NCBI GenBank assembly: GCA_049513715.1
Contig: JBEKVV010000002.1
Location: forward strand, 416,001-480,000
DNA from: Candidatus Bathyarchaeia archaeon
GTDB taxonomy: Archaea; Thermoproteota; Bathyarchaeia; 40CM-2-53-6
DNA: 64,000 nucleotides
Reading direction: 5' to 3'
Below, in pieces: positions 44,140-54,735 of this stretch. Under the pieces are notes generated by a model. The model worked only from the letters and a program-made list of their open reading frames with translations, was not told the origin of the DNA and did not search any database. The translations under genes were made by a program, and so were the position numbers. Numbering within the stretch: the first letter of the stretch is position 1; the number at the start of each line of letters is the position of its first letter.

Positions 44140-44505
44140 TTAGTAGGGCCAAGGCCACGGGTATGGCGCAACTGCACGTGGGCCTGGATGCTTTCGCGAG
44201 GGACGGGCTGCAGAACAGAGCGGGCAGTAGCTTGCTCGAAAACGCCACCTCGCGCAGCCGAGGCAAATCGGCAATCCGCAACTGGCACAGTGAAATTGCG
44301 GTGAGATTCCAGGGTGGAACGCGCACGACTTGCTGACCACGATTGGCATGGGGCTGGCTTGCATCACTCCTGGTGAAGCACTTGGTAATCCAATCTGCAT
44401 AGGGGCTTTCCGGCCGAAGATGGTTTCACCGCATTTTAGACAGTAATTGGCTTGGTCTCTGTTTTGCCAACCGCAGACTGGGCATGGCGTGGGCAATGGC
44501 TTCAC
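44140..44505 (-). CDS. Zinc-ribbon + B-box zinc-finger protein
   Basis: CPVCG..YCLKCG; CAFHP..CASCGLPICLGC..YCPLC. Confidence 0.75.
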   Translation of the reverse strand: MKPLPTPCPVCGWQNRDQANYCLKCGETIFGRKAPMQIGLPSASPGVMQASPMPIVVSKSCAFHPGISPQFHCASCGLPICLGCARWRFRASYCPLCSAARPSRKHPGPRAVAPYPWPWPY

Positions 44506-44705
44506 TTGACATGCACGCCTCTGTGCTGTTGGGAATTAACCCTTACACAGTGCGGCCCTGTAAAAATCGACTTTCGCAATGCTTCTTGTTAACAGGAAAA
44601 TGTAGTGTGAATGTGGCGATTCCGAGAAGGGCATTGTCGGGTTAGATGATACTCTTATCAAGCCAAATGTGGGCCATGCGGGGAGACTGCTTAGTTGTGA
44701 ATGAA

Positions 44706-44813
44706 ATGTCGAAGATAAATTGTCCGGGCTGTGGTCAGCCGACTGAGTTCATTTCAGGAAGCAAGACTCGTTCGAAGTGTTTGAACTGCGGCTATTACGA
44801 CGACTGCTGCTGA
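44706..44813 (+). CDS. 35-aa CPxCG zinc-finger micro-protein, not in ORF track
   Basis: MSKINCPGCGQPTEFISGSKTRSKCLNCGYYDDCC, 9 nt upstream of next gene. Confidence 0.65.
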   Translation: MSKINCPGCGQPTEFISGSKTRSKCLNCGYYDDCC

Positions 44814-44822
44814 GTTGTCCGT

Positions 44823-45458
44823 ATGAGATACGAGGACATTGTGGAATACGTGGGAGGCCTTGTTGGTGAGGGCGACAGCCTTCAAGGGTGGGCTCGAAAG
44901 AAGTCGGAAGAGCTGAGACACCAAGGTGTCTACCCGATCGACCCGACACGAGGTAGGTTATTGGAGCTACTGGCCAGAGCACGCGCACCTAAACGAGTGC
45001 TCGAGATTGGCCCTGGAGCCGGCTACAGTGCATTATGGTTCATGAGGGGGTTGGATGCGCGTGCGACTCTAGACGTAGTCGAGGTGAATCCTGAAGTTGC
45101 GAATGTATTTGGGGACGTGATGGCGAAGGCTGGTTTACGTGACCGTGTCCGGGTCCATTTGGGGCCCGCGTTGGATGTGTTGAAAAAGCTCAGGGGGCCG
45201 TTCGATTTCGTTTTCATCGATGCGGACAAGGACGAGTACCCAGATTATCTTGATGAAGCCGTCAGGCTGACGCAACCTGGGAGCATGATTGTGGCTGATA
45301 ACCTGCTGTGGGGCGGCTCTGTTTTGAAGGGCGGAAAGCCCAAGAATGGAGCCCAGGGCATTTTGAGGTACACTAAACGCATTTTCGAGGACGAGCGCCT
45401 TGCTAGCATTATCATTCCATTGGGCGATGGCGTTGCCATAAGCTACAGAGTCAAATGA
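44823..45458 (+). CDS. O-methyltransferase (caffeoyl-CoA/COMT family)
   Basis: VLEIGPGAGYSALW, FDFVFIDADK, VADNLLWGG. Confidence 0.9.
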   Translation: MRYEDIVEYVGGLVGEGDSLQGWARKKSEELRHQGVYPIDPTRGRLLELLARARAPKRVLEIGPGAGYSALWFMRGLDARATLDVVEVNPEVANVFGDVMAKAGLRDRVRVHLGPALDVLKKLRGPFDFVFIDADKDEYPDYLDEAVRLTQPGSMIVADNLLWGGSVLKGGKPKNGAQGILRYTKRIFEDERLASIIIPLGDGVAISYRVK

Positions 45459-45529
45459 AATCGCGGAGCATTGGCTTCCGATAAACCCATAAGTGTCCGC
45501 GTGGCTCGAACCGAGCCGCGTTCACACCG

Positions 45530-46897
45530 ATGTTAAGAATCACAAAGACGGGAGCCCTAAAGATCTCCCTAGTCGCAATCAGCTCGGTGATTTTGGTAGA
45601 GGGGTTTGCCGGCGCACTCATCGGAAGCCTCGCCTTATTGAGCGACGCAGCCCACGCCTCCTTCGACACCCTCTCCACCTTGATTCTGCTGGTCGCCACA
45701 AGCCTAGCACAAAAACCCGCTGATGAAGACCACACGTACGGCCATGGTAAAATCGAATCCTTAGGTGCGCTGATTGGCGGCTTCATTCTTCTTCTGTTTG
45801 CGATTGGATTAACTGTTCTCGGGTTTTTCCGGCTAAGTGCCGGAAACACTGTTCACCCGAGCTTGGTTGGTTATGGTGCCGCCGGCTATACCTTGGCGGT
45901 GGATGTTCTCAGAATGGTCGTTTTGGGTGCAGCAATGAAGACCGGCAGCCTATCCGTCAAGGCCGACCTCTACCACGCCCTTTCAGATTTCTTTTCCACC
46001 GCGCTCGTCTTCGTTGCCCTAGGCCTAACTAGCATCGGATACCCTGTGGGTGATACAGTAGTCTCGCTTGTCTTGGCAACATTGCTGGGCTTGTTGAGCG
46101 TTCGGCTAATTTACGCGTCGTCACTGGACCTCAGTGACGCCGTTTCAGGAAAGCTGGTGCAGTCAATCCTGAAAGTGATACGTGAAACTGACGAGGTCTT
46201 GAAATGTAAGGAGTTGAGAGTTCGCCGAGTCGGCCAAGTCACCTACGTGGACGCAATCATAGCCGTCTCCCCTTACACCGGTGTAGCGGACGCTGATACC
46301 ATTGCTGCCCGAGTTGAGTCTAACCTTACCCGGCTTCTGGGTAAATCTTCAATTTTGATTCATATCGAGCCTTTGGAGTGGGGAATCCCAGTTGAGATGA
46401 AGGTGCGAAATGCCACCGGCAGGGTAGACGGGGCGAAAGGGCTGCACAATCTTACTGTTGCCCAGGTTAGCGATGGCTTGTACGTGACTTTGCATGTGCA
46501 AGTCGACCCATCACTTCCCCTCGAAAGGGCGCATGAAATTGCTGAATCAGTGGAGCGCGGCATAGAAAATTCTGTTCCGGAGGTTCGGCATGTGACCGTA
46601 CACCTCGAACCTTCCATGCCGGAACGCACAACGGCCGAGATCGTTGACGACGGGCATATCTCAGACACGATTCGGGCCGCAATTCAATCATACCCCGAAG
46701 TTCGTGAGATAAGGGCAGTTGTGATTTACACGACCGGAGAAAAGTTGCACATCAATGTGCGCTGTGTGTTTTCCGCGGATGAGGGAATCGTCCAGCTTCA
46801 CAAGATTGTTTCGAAGATTGAGGAGAGTGTGCGGCGCAAGTTCGAAAACGCAATTGTTACGATCCGGGCTGAACCAGGTTCAACCCAATCCGAATAG
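45530..46897 (+). CDS. Cation diffusion facilitator with repeated C-terminal dimerisation domains
   Basis: SDAAHASFD, HTYGHGKIE, HALSD, AHEIAE..VHLEP. Confidence 0.9.
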   Translation: MLRITKTGALKISLVAISSVILVEGFAGALIGSLALLSDAAHASFDTLSTLILLVATSLAQKPADEDHTYGHGKIESLGALIGGFILLLFAIGLTVLGFFRLSAGNTVHPSLVGYGAAGYTLAVDVLRMVVLGAAMKTGSLSVKADLYHALSDFFSTALVFVALGLTSIGYPVGDTVVSLVLATLLGLLSVRLIYASSLDLSDAVSGKLVQSILKVIRETDEVLKCKELRVRRVGQVTYVDAIIAVSPYTGVADADTIAARVESNLTRLLGKSSILIHIEPLEWGIPVEMKVRNATGRVDGAKGLHNLTVAQVSDGLYVTLHVQVDPSLPLERAHEIAESVERGIENSVPEVRHVTVHLEPSMPERTTAEIVDDGHISDTIRAAIQSYPEVREIRAVVIYTTGEKLHINVRCVFSADEGIVQLHKIVSKIEESVRRKFENAIVTIRAEPGSTQSE

Positions 46898-47017
46898 CGT
46901 GAGTCATCCTACCGCACTGCGCAACACGTGCCTGTGATTGTTCAGGCGTGGCGTGGTTTGGACGTCAGTTGGATGAACATGAGGCAGATCAGAAACGCTC
47001 CACCTTAGATCGAGATC

Positions 47018-47503
47018 TTAAAAATTGGATTTACGAAGAAAAGCATAGAGTAGAATGAAGACGGACAGAGCCGCAATGATGAACCCCCAAGATGGTGCGG
47101 TGTTTGCGACCATGACCCTATTTGTACTGTAAACTGTGAACTGATTTCCGAAAGGGCGTAACATGTACTCAAAAGCTACCAGGCCTGCCACTATGCACGC
47201 GCAAGCGAGCAGCCGAGCAACTCTCCATTTGACGCCAGCAAGACCGATGACCCCACCTGCAACGACGAGTACTAGGACCGCTGCAGCTACCAACACCTTG
47301 GTATTCGCGTCAAGCAATACGGCGGTTTGTGGATCCGCGCTGGGAAGAGATGACCAATAGATGTATTCGTCAAGCAGGGATCGATAAGTGCTCGCCAGCC
47401 CAAAAGCTTGAACCGTCGATGAAGACCACGGCAGAGCAGCAGACAATAGGGCGATCAGCCCAGCGATTACGGAGGCGTAAGAATCAGTAGAGATCTTCCT
47501 CAA
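47018..47503 (-). CDS. Hypothetical 4-TM membrane protein
   Basis: Hydrophobic helices, LPW motif. Confidence 0.65.
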   Translation of the reverse strand: MRKISTDSYASVIAGLIALLSAALPWSSSTVQAFGLASTYRSLLDEYIYWSSLPSADPQTAVLLDANTKVLVAAAVLVLVVAGGVIGLAGVKWRVARLLACACIVAGLVAFEYMLRPFGNQFTVYSTNRVMVANTAPSWGFIIAALSVFILLYAFLRKSNF

Positions 47504-47538
47504 TTCGCCCCATCACTTCATGATCGTGGCCATTCATT

Positions 47539-48795
47539 TCAGTGCTTGGACCTGCGTCTAGATCTTCTTCTCGGTGCTGCTTTCGAGGTTTCTCCTAGGG
47601 TTTTCCCGCATGTGATGCAATACGCCCAACCTTCTTTCGCTGGTTTGCCGCAACCTGCGCAGAGTTTTTCGGACCCTTGCTTTGCCTCATAGTCTTCCGA
47701 GTCCGTTTCGATCGGTGATGCGTTCACAACGGATCTTCTTTGAACTATCGTTAGGGATACTCCTCCCACGACGCCAGCGAGGAGGATTGATGGTAAGGTT
47801 AGCGACATCAGGTCAGGTGCGAAATTGGCACTAACAATCTTCGGCTTGTCCATGACTAGAGAGAGTCGAATCGAGCTCGAGGTCACATCACCAGTCCAAC
47901 CCTTGAAAACGTAACGCAGTCCAAGAGAGCCGAAAGGCCAATTCATCGGTGCCGAAGTGGCTGTCTCTAACGTTACCCTCGATCCGGAATTGTGCCACGT
48001 GGATTGAGCATAGGCTGGGACGACAGAATTGACCTGCAACAAATACTGTGGCTGATAGAAGCCTTTTACCCTAATGTTACCATCCAGGATTACACTTCTC
48101 TCCGTCGAGTTACTCCCATCTTGCCATCCTTGGAAAACGAATCGAGTTAGGTTTTGAAGTGGCAAGACTTGTGGGACACTTATCGTTACGTCCTCCCCAA
48201 CGTGAAACGGCAACAAGGCTATCCCGTTGTTAGCGGTTTTGGTAGTAGAATCGTCTATTTGGATAGGAACGTTGGAGATTCCCAGGTCAACCGCTACTTG
48301 TGCCGGCTTCGATATTTCGAGTGTGAATTGGAGGAAGCTCGGACCATATTCGGTGTCATTGTAATATGACCAAGCGGAGGTGTCGTTTGTGGTAGTATCG
48401 TTGTACTGGTATTTTCCAACGTTTTGGAAATACGTCACCGCGGCCAGCTGCCACTTTCCGTCATTGGCTGGCGCAGTTAGGTTAACTGCCAGAATTTGCT
48501 CACCAAGAATCGGACCGCTTATGAAGTCGGGGTCGCTGTGCCACAACTCCGCGCCCAAGTGATCCAATGTTCCGTTGAACAGTCTCGTTTTGAGCGTGGC
48601 ATTGTCGTGAACTGCGTAATTGTTGTCGACTAGCAACGGTACTTGCGATGATGGCGAGACAAAGTTAGGATGCTTGACAGAGACTTTCAGGATGCCGACG
48701 TTCTGATCCGAATCAGCGACAACTGTCGATACCGTTACCGTTAGTGCCGTGAGCCAAAGCAAGAATGCGAGAACAGCGAGGCGTCGATTATGCAT
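47539..48795 (-). CDS. Surface protein: signal peptide, beta-rich repeats, TM, cytoplasmic double zinc ribbon (paralog A)
   Basis: FQGW/FKGWTGD repeats; CAGCG..YCITCG. Confidence 0.8.
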   Translation of the reverse strand: MHNRRLAVLAFLLWLTALTVTVSTVVADSDQNVGILKVSVKHPNFVSPSSQVPLLVDNNYAVHDNATLKTRLFNGTLDHLGAELWHSDPDFISGPILGEQILAVNLTAPANDGKWQLAAVTYFQNVGKYQYNDTTTNDTSAWSYYNDTEYGPSFLQFTLEISKPAQVAVDLGISNVPIQIDDSTTKTANNGIALLPFHVGEDVTISVPQVLPLQNLTRFVFQGWQDGSNSTERSVILDGNIRVKGFYQPQYLLQVNSVVPAYAQSTWHNSGSRVTLETATSAPMNWPFGSLGLRYVFKGWTGDVTSSSIRLSLVMDKPKIVSANFAPDLMSLTLPSILLAGVVGGVSLTIVQRRSVVNASPIETDSEDYEAKQGSEKLCAGCGKPAKEGWAYCITCGKTLGETSKAAPRRRSRRRSKH

Positions 48796-48929
48796 ACTGA
48801 TTCATCCTTGCCGCTGCTTATGATTCCTTTTGGTGAAAGTCAAGAAAGTATTTCTATCCTCTTTACAAGAATCAAGCAAATCCCATCCTTTGAATACACT
48901 CACTTGGGGTGCATCTAAACACTTAAAGC

Positions 48930-48960
48930 TTAGGCCTACCCTAACTTAGGGTTACCCTAA
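48930..48960. promoter_or_regulatory. Tandem TTAGG-N5-CCTAA operators (DtxR/MntR-type) just downstream of TATA
   Basis: TTAGGCCTACCCTAA 48930-48944 and TTAGGGTTACCCTAA 48946-48960; CTTAAA at 48922. Confidence 0.75.
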
Positions 48961-48985
48961 TTTGTGGCATTAGAGAGCGGGTGTA

Positions 48986-49942
48986 ATGAAAAACAGATAC
49001 CTGCCGATTGTTGGTATCGCTCTGTTGGTTGTTATCGCAGCGTCAAGCGTCTACGTGCTTAACGCCAACTCCGGAAAGCACTCAACAGCAAGTGCGAATA
49101 CGACCCAGTCACGGTTGAAGGTGCTCGCCACGTTCTTCCCAGTGTACGATTTCGCCAGGAATGTTGGAGGTGACAGAGTTGATGTTTCGATATTGGTGCC
49201 TGAAACGGTGGACGTGCATCAATTTGAACCCAACCCATCAACAGTGCAGGAAGTTGCTGTAGCGAACGTGCTGATCTTTAGCGGCGCTGGTCTCGAGCCA
49301 TGGGTACCACAGCTAATTTCAGCAGCCGGTAATCCAAACTTGGTCGCGGTCGATTCAAGCGCGGGCATCCCGCTCTTGCCCGTACTAAGCGAATTTCAAA
49401 AGGATAATCGAAGCATCGATCCACACATATGGTTGGACCCCCTGCTAGCAAAAATCCAAGTCACAAATATCCTGCGGGGGCTGATCCGAGCTGACCCAGT
49501 GGACGAGGCTTATTTCACGGCGAAGGCGCAAGCTTACGAGGCCAGACTCGATTTCCTGAATGCGGAAATTGTTAACGCAACAGCCAATGTGAAAACACGG
49601 TACTTTGTCACCTTCCATGAAGCCTTCGGATACTTCGCTAGACAGTACGGCCTAACCCAGATTCCGATTGCTGGCCCCTTCGAGGAAGATCCCACACCAA
49701 ATGAAATCCAGAGCGTAGTTAATGCAATTAACCAAAATCATCTCTGCTACGTTGGCTACGAATCTTTGGAGAACCCTGCGCTATCCCAATCCATAGCAAG
49801 CCAAACGAGAGCAACTCTTGTCCTGATGGACCCAATAGAAGGACTTACTCAAGCAGACCAGAATGCGGGAAAAACGTACCTCATCAAGATGCAAGAGAAC
49901 CTTCAGGCATTTACATTGGTGCTCTACCATGTCGGATGCTAA
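48986..49942 (+). CDS. Zn/Mn ABC transporter substrate-binding protein (ZnuA/TroA family)
   Basis: DVHQFEP, DPHIWLDP, TFHEAFGYFA. Confidence 0.92.
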   Translation: MKNRYLPIVGIALLVVIAASSVYVLNANSGKHSTASANTTQSRLKVLATFFPVYDFARNVGGDRVDVSILVPETVDVHQFEPNPSTVQEVAVANVLIFSGAGLEPWVPQLISAAGNPNLVAVDSSAGIPLLPVLSEFQKDNRSIDPHIWLDPLLAKIQVTNILRGLIRADPVDEAYFTAKAQAYEARLDFLNAEIVNATANVKTRYFVTFHEAFGYFARQYGLTQIPIAGPFEEDPTPNEIQSVVNAINQNHLCYVGYESLENPALSQSIASQTRATLVLMDPIEGLTQADQNAGKTYLIKMQENLQAFTLVLYHVGC

Positions 49943-50687
49943 ACCAGTCGTTGAACTATCCGACATCGTGGTACAGTATCCCAACGGCGTTGTAGCGTTG
50001 GACCATATCTCTCTCAACTTCTACGAGGGAGACCTGGTCGGATTGATTGGGCCTAATGGTGCCGGAAAGTCAACCTTGCTGAGCATCATTCTTGGACTGA
50101 CTAGGCCGACCTCTGGAGGCGCTAAACTGTTCGGAGAACCAATCTCATCTGCAAATCTGAGGCGAGTTGGATATGTGCCCCAGACGATGCAGTCATCTGC
50201 TACGGCTTTTCCGGCGACAGTATTCGAGACCGTGCTGCTTGGCAGAATCCCACGAGCGGGTTTGTTTCATCGGCTCGGAAAACATGATTACACAAAGGTC
50301 GAAGAGGCTTTGGAATTCTTGGAGATATTGAACCTTAGAGATAGGAAGTTGGATCAACTCTCCGGGGGCCAACTGCAGCGAGTGCTCGTAGCGAAAGCCC
50401 TCACTATGGATCCTGAGCTACTTTTGCTTGATGAACCGACCAGTGGGGCGGATATGCATTCCAAGACCGAATTCTATGAACTGCTCAAACGTATCAACGA
50501 AGAACACGGCACAACAGTGCTTCTCTCCTCACATGACGTAGGCACAATTACCAACATGGTGAAGAGAGTGGTGTGCATAAACGGGGTCGTGTTCTTCTGT
50601 GGACTCAGATCTGAGTTCACTCCAAGTATACTGAGCCAGACGTACAACTACCCAGTGGCGGTAATAGAACATGGTCATCACCCTTGA
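49929..50687 (+). CDS. Zn/Mn ABC transporter ATP-binding protein
   Basis: GPNGAGKST, LSGGQ, LLLLDEP. Confidence 0.92.
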   Translation: MSDAKPVVELSDIVVQYPNGVVALDHISLNFYEGDLVGLIGPNGAGKSTLLSIILGLTRPTSGGAKLFGEPISSANLRRVGYVPQTMQSSATAFPATVFETVLLGRIPRAGLFHRLGKHDYTKVEEALEFLEILNLRDRKLDQLSGGQLQRVLVAKALTMDPELLLLDEPTSGADMHSKTEFYELLKRINEEHGTTVLLSSHDVGTITNMVKRVVCINGVVFFCGLRSEFTPSILSQTYNYPVAVIEHGHHP

Positions 50688-51534
50688 CACATTCCTATTG
50701 ATGCTGGCCCAAGGGTTCGTTCAAAGAGCTTTCATCATAGGTATTGTAGTGGCATTCCTGAGTTCACTTCTTAGCATTTTCATTGTGCTGAAACGAATCT
50801 CATTGATTGGTGACGGCCTCGCGCATACCGCCTTTGGAGGCCTCGCATTAGGATATTATCTTGATATCCTGCCCCTATGGGTGGCAGGCGTTGTCGTTAT
50901 TCTCGGGTCTATAGGAATCACAAAGGTCACTCGGTCATCGAAGGTTTCGGGAGATGCCGCGGTTGCAATATTCCTTCAACTCGGCCTCGCTTCTGGCATT
51001 GTGCTTCTAAGCCTCTCTAGGGGGTTCGGTGTAAATCTGGAGAGTCTCCTCTTCGGCAGCATTCTGCTTGTGAGCATCGACCAAATCCTATCCGCTGTAC
51101 TTGCACTGGCCATAACGTCGGCCCTGGTCTTGATCTTCTTCAAGGAGCTCGTGTACACTACGTTCGATGAGACCCAAGCCAAGGCGGCTGGTATCAAGAC
51201 ATGGTTCTTTGACTATCTGGTCAGTATCCTAGCTGGAATGGCGATAATCGTATCAATACCAATAGTCGGCGTACTCCTAATCTCGGCTCTACTCGTTCTT
51301 CCCGCCGTTACGAGCACTCAAATCAGTGGCTCGTTCAAACAGACTGTGATTCTATCGCCTTTATTTGGACTCTTGAGTGTAATCCTAGGTCTCTGCGCAT
51401 CAATCATATTGGACACAGCGTCGGGCGCAACCATTGTCCTTGTGGGACTGATCTTATTCCTGATATCGCTATTCGCCAAAAATGTAATTATTGCCAAACG
51501 TTATGAGGCCCGTCAAGTGAAATTGGGCGCATGA
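50671..51534 (+). CDS. Zn/Mn ABC transporter permease
   Basis: GDGLAHTAFGG, LFGSIL, VGVLLISALLVLPA. Confidence 0.92.
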   Translation: MVITLDTFLLMLAQGFVQRAFIIGIVVAFLSSLLSIFIVLKRISLIGDGLAHTAFGGLALGYYLDILPLWVAGVVVILGSIGITKVTRSSKVSGDAAVAIFLQLGLASGIVLLSLSRGFGVNLESLLFGSILLVSIDQILSAVLALAITSALVLIFFKELVYTTFDETQAKAAGIKTWFFDYLVSILAGMAIIVSIPIVGVLLISALLVLPAVTSTQISGSFKQTVILSPLFGLLSVILGLCASIILDTASGATIVLVGLILFLISLFAKNVIIAKRYEARQVKLGA

Positions 51535-51947
51535 GCTTGCCTGACCTAAGCCGGTCTGAAGTCGCGTATCTGGTTATGATCTATCGCTTGAACGAAGTTG
51601 ACGAAAAAACATCAGTCTCGACTTTGGCTGAAAGGTTTAGTGTCAAATTGCCCAGTGCAATTGAGATTTTGCGCAGGCTTGAGAAGAAAGGACTTGTTGC
51701 CCGAAAACCGTGGGGTGTTCCTGAATTAAGTAAACGAGGGATGGCACTGACAGAACTGGTCATGCACAACCACCGAATCCTCGAACTCTATCTCAACAAG
51801 AAACTTGGCGTCAGTTCTAAACTATCCTGCACGGAAGCCAGTAAAGTCGACTATCTATTGGACAACGATGTCATTGAGAAGATGTGCAAAGTATTAGAGA
51901 GACCCTCTCGGTGTCTTCACGGAAACCCAATCCGACATGACGATTAG
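51531..51947 (+). CDS. DtxR/MntR family metal-dependent repressor
   Basis: YLVMIYRL, HRILELYL, CLHGNPI. Confidence 0.88.
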   Translation: MSLPDLSRSEVAYLVMIYRLNEVDEKTSVSTLAERFSVKLPSAIEILRRLEKKGLVARKPWGVPELSKRGMALTELVMHNHRILELYLNKKLGVSSKLSCTEASKVDYLLDNDVIEKMCKVLERPSRCLHGNPIRHDD

Positions 51948-52040
51948 AATTGAGAGCGACTAGAAGATTTACAAAGCCTATTCTGAATGGAAGGGTTTCC
52001 GCATTTCTTAAAGTGGGTTCCCCGGCTCCGGCGGCCGAAT

Positions 52041-52505
52041 TCAGTTGCATGGTTTTGTGAGTAATTGCACCGCAAATTGAAAATCCAAAGAAGGCTGCAC
52101 CATTCCGTTAGCGCCCGAACCCTTTACTACTATCAGTCCGGTCATCCACGGGTGCGGGTCACAATGGTAAGGAAACACGCCTGGCGTGGTGAAGGTGTGT
52201 GTGAAACTCGTGCCGGGTTGAATCAAGCCGGAATAGAATTCTGGTATATTGCTGTGCGCTGTATGCCAGGTTGAGTCTTCATTCTTCCACGTAACCGTAT
52301 TGTTTACCCCTATCACAATCTTGATCAGCGCTGGATCGAAGCCAAGCTGAGGGTTTGTAGCCGCGCCGGCAACTATAGTCACGGTAACCTGCGTTGGCGT
52401 ATTCCTTGGTATGCTGACAGGGTTAATGGCAATGTATCCCACGATGCCCACTGTTGCCAGAACAACCATCAGTGCAAGAAACACTACGGTCTTCTGCCTT
52501 GACAC
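52041..52505 (-). CDS. Membrane-anchored cupredoxin (plastocyanin/azurin-like)
   Basis: WHT..YHCDPHPWMTG copper ligands. Confidence 0.9.
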   Translation of the reverse strand: MSRQKTVVFLALMVVLATVGIVGYIAINPVSIPRNTPTQVTVTIVAGAATNPQLGFDPALIKIVIGVNNTVTWKNEDSTWHTAHSNIPEFYSGLIQPGTSFTHTFTTPGVFPYHCDPHPWMTGLIVVKGSGANGMVQPSLDFQFAVQLLTKPCN

Positions 52506-52659
52506 CTACTTACACTTCTTTCGCGCAAATATAGGCTAGGTTCAACGGCGTGGATCTGCATTCAGATAAGAAGGTTGTGAACGATGCGTAGCCGCGAGGT
52601 AGGAACTTTTATGTTGGATTAATTCTCTTGGAACGATAGCGAACAAGGACAGGAATTTC

Positions 52660-54645
52660 TTGAAAGGAACCCGTTCAGCCCTACTTTGTTTCGTAATAAT
52701 CGGTCTTATGATGTTGGCCCCCAACCAAGCCTCGGCCGCAACACACCCGCTAGACGGCACAGGAGGCCAAATTGCGCCTTCGAGCGGGTACCGAACCGTC
52801 AGCATGCCAGTGAAAGTCGTCTTCGTCGGCATAGACCCGGCAACTGTGGACCTAAGCTACAGCAAATGGAATGTGAATGTTCCAAGCACGATCTATGGCC
52901 AGGTTCTGGCTCCGCAACCGTACCTTACCGGCGTCATTTACAAACTAGACTACAACTATACTTTCGCTAGCAACGCGTACAAAGCCAAACTCATCTCGTA
53001 TCTGCAGAGCATCGAAGTCAAAAAGTATACGACAAACCCCTGGTTCTACTATTACACCCAAGACCAGTCGGGCTACGTATCTCAGGGATATCAATCGATG
53101 AATTACGTTGTCTACGACGCCAACTTAGCAGAGGACTGGATCTACAGTAACCAACAAGACCTCGGCGGCTTTCCGTCCAACGGTTGGACAATGATGTTCA
53201 TGAATCTCACTGAACTTCCATCCTATAGTTTCAAGGACTACAGAGACTTCCTGAATTCGAACAGATACGGGGTACCCAATGGTACGGCTCACTACTTCGG
53301 CGTCACCTACCGTGACGCTGACCTCGGATATGTGTTACGAAACCGTGATTTCATGTCAGGTTGGGGAGGTGTTCACAGACTCTGGTTTAATGACCTCAGC
53401 GCTGGCCCGTGCTTCATGACGTACCCTGAAGAACTCCCAGTACAGATCGCCCTCAGAGACAACAACTATGACCTGCACAGTTCGTACGGTAAATTGTGGT
53501 TTTCTGAGTATCTTGCAGATTACGTATCACAGGCAACATTGAATCTTATCACTCCACCACTTCTATACGACCCGGTGTTTTCGCAAACATACAGTTTTGA
53601 CGTTCACATTTTTGATGATAGAAACCCAGCCGAGAAAGCTGGAGTCGACATTCGGTCCAGTGTAAGCCCAGATCTTATCAAGAAAGCGTTTCAGTACCTC
53701 GTTCCCTATTCGAAGATCAACGTCGCGGTTACTTTTGAGGACCTTGCGAAATACCCCGACTTGCAGGCTGTTGTTAAGTCAAGTTACAAGTACGCCGACT
53801 CTTACACTTACGGCGTTGAATTCGCCTCACCTCTACGCTACGGCATCGTTGACACACGACCAATCTACCAGTATTTCCAGAATAACATCAACACTTTCGA
53901 ACCACACTATAGACGCGATCGGACAGAGTTCACAGTTCCAGTTTACGCGTTCGCTTTCAGCAACGAGACGAGCATGGCTTTCACGGGCAAGTGGCTCATC
54001 GAACCGATTGGTGGCGTAGCTCTGGGAGATGCCGCTTTCGTGTCCGACAGCCAATCCGAATTCGTAAGAGGCGACCAAATAACGCCACCCCAACCAGACA
54101 AGGGATTGGGGTTTACCCATGACATAATTCACGAAGCAGGACACATGCTTGGGTTGCCACATCCGTTCGACTACGGCCCAGTAGGGAACTTCATACAAAC
54201 TCCAATGAGCTATTTCACGTGGGATTATTCATTTGGCCAAGCGGACAAGGACGCCCTTCGGCGAGCACATGTTGACAGCATCTACCTCGGGGTGCAATTG
54301 ACCATGAACCAGCTGGCTCAGAAAGGAGTCGACGTAAGCCCCATTTTCACTCAACTAAGGGATGTAGATGCGAAATACAATCAGATGGACTACGAAGGTG
54401 CGTTGGCATTGGTTCTTAAGGCCGAATCCACCGCGAACTCCATGGCCAGTACCTCCTCACAATGGACAATCCAACAGGGCCCTTCAGTGAACGCGACACT
54501 CTACATGATCCTCGCGGCTTCCTTGGGCTTGATCATAGGCATCGCGGTTACTTGGCTACTCGTGAAGAAGAGAGTTATCACTTCTGAACCTAGAGCCCGC
54601 CGCCTTCGCAGATCCAAGAGAACACGAAGACGTTCATCAAGATGA
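52660..54645 (+). CDS. Secreted, C-terminally anchored zinc metalloprotease (metzincin-like)
   Basis: Signal peptide, HEAGHMLGLPH, Met-turn PMSY, C-terminal TM and Arg-rich tail. Confidence 0.8.
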   Translation: MKGTRSALLCFVIIGLMMLAPNQASAATHPLDGTGGQIAPSSGYRTVSMPVKVVFVGIDPATVDLSYSKWNVNVPSTIYGQVLAPQPYLTGVIYKLDYNYTFASNAYKAKLISYLQSIEVKKYTTNPWFYYYTQDQSGYVSQGYQSMNYVVYDANLAEDWIYSNQQDLGGFPSNGWTMMFMNLTELPSYSFKDYRDFLNSNRYGVPNGTAHYFGVTYRDADLGYVLRNRDFMSGWGGVHRLWFNDLSAGPCFMTYPEELPVQIALRDNNYDLHSSYGKLWFSEYLADYVSQATLNLITPPLLYDPVFSQTYSFDVHIFDDRNPAEKAGVDIRSSVSPDLIKKAFQYLVPYSKINVAVTFEDLAKYPDLQAVVKSSYKYADSYTYGVEFASPLRYGIVDTRPIYQYFQNNINTFEPHYRRDRTEFTVPVYAFAFSNETSMAFTGKWLIEPIGGVALGDAAFVSDSQSEFVRGDQITPPQPDKGLGFTHDIIHEAGHMLGLPHPFDYGPVGNFIQTPMSYFTWDYSFGQADKDALRRAHVDSIYLGVQLTMNQLAQKGVDVSPIFTQLRDVDAKYNQMDYEGALALVLKAESTANSMASTSSQWTIQQGPSVNATLYMILAASLGLIIGIAVTWLLVKKRVITSEPRARRLRRSKRTRRRSSR

Positions 54646-54735
54646 AGAGTTTACCCATTCCGTTTTTTGTCTCCGACCCGTGATGCGCACATGAAAGCAA
54701 GGCAACTCGCTGGTCACCAAGGATTGCGGACCAGA

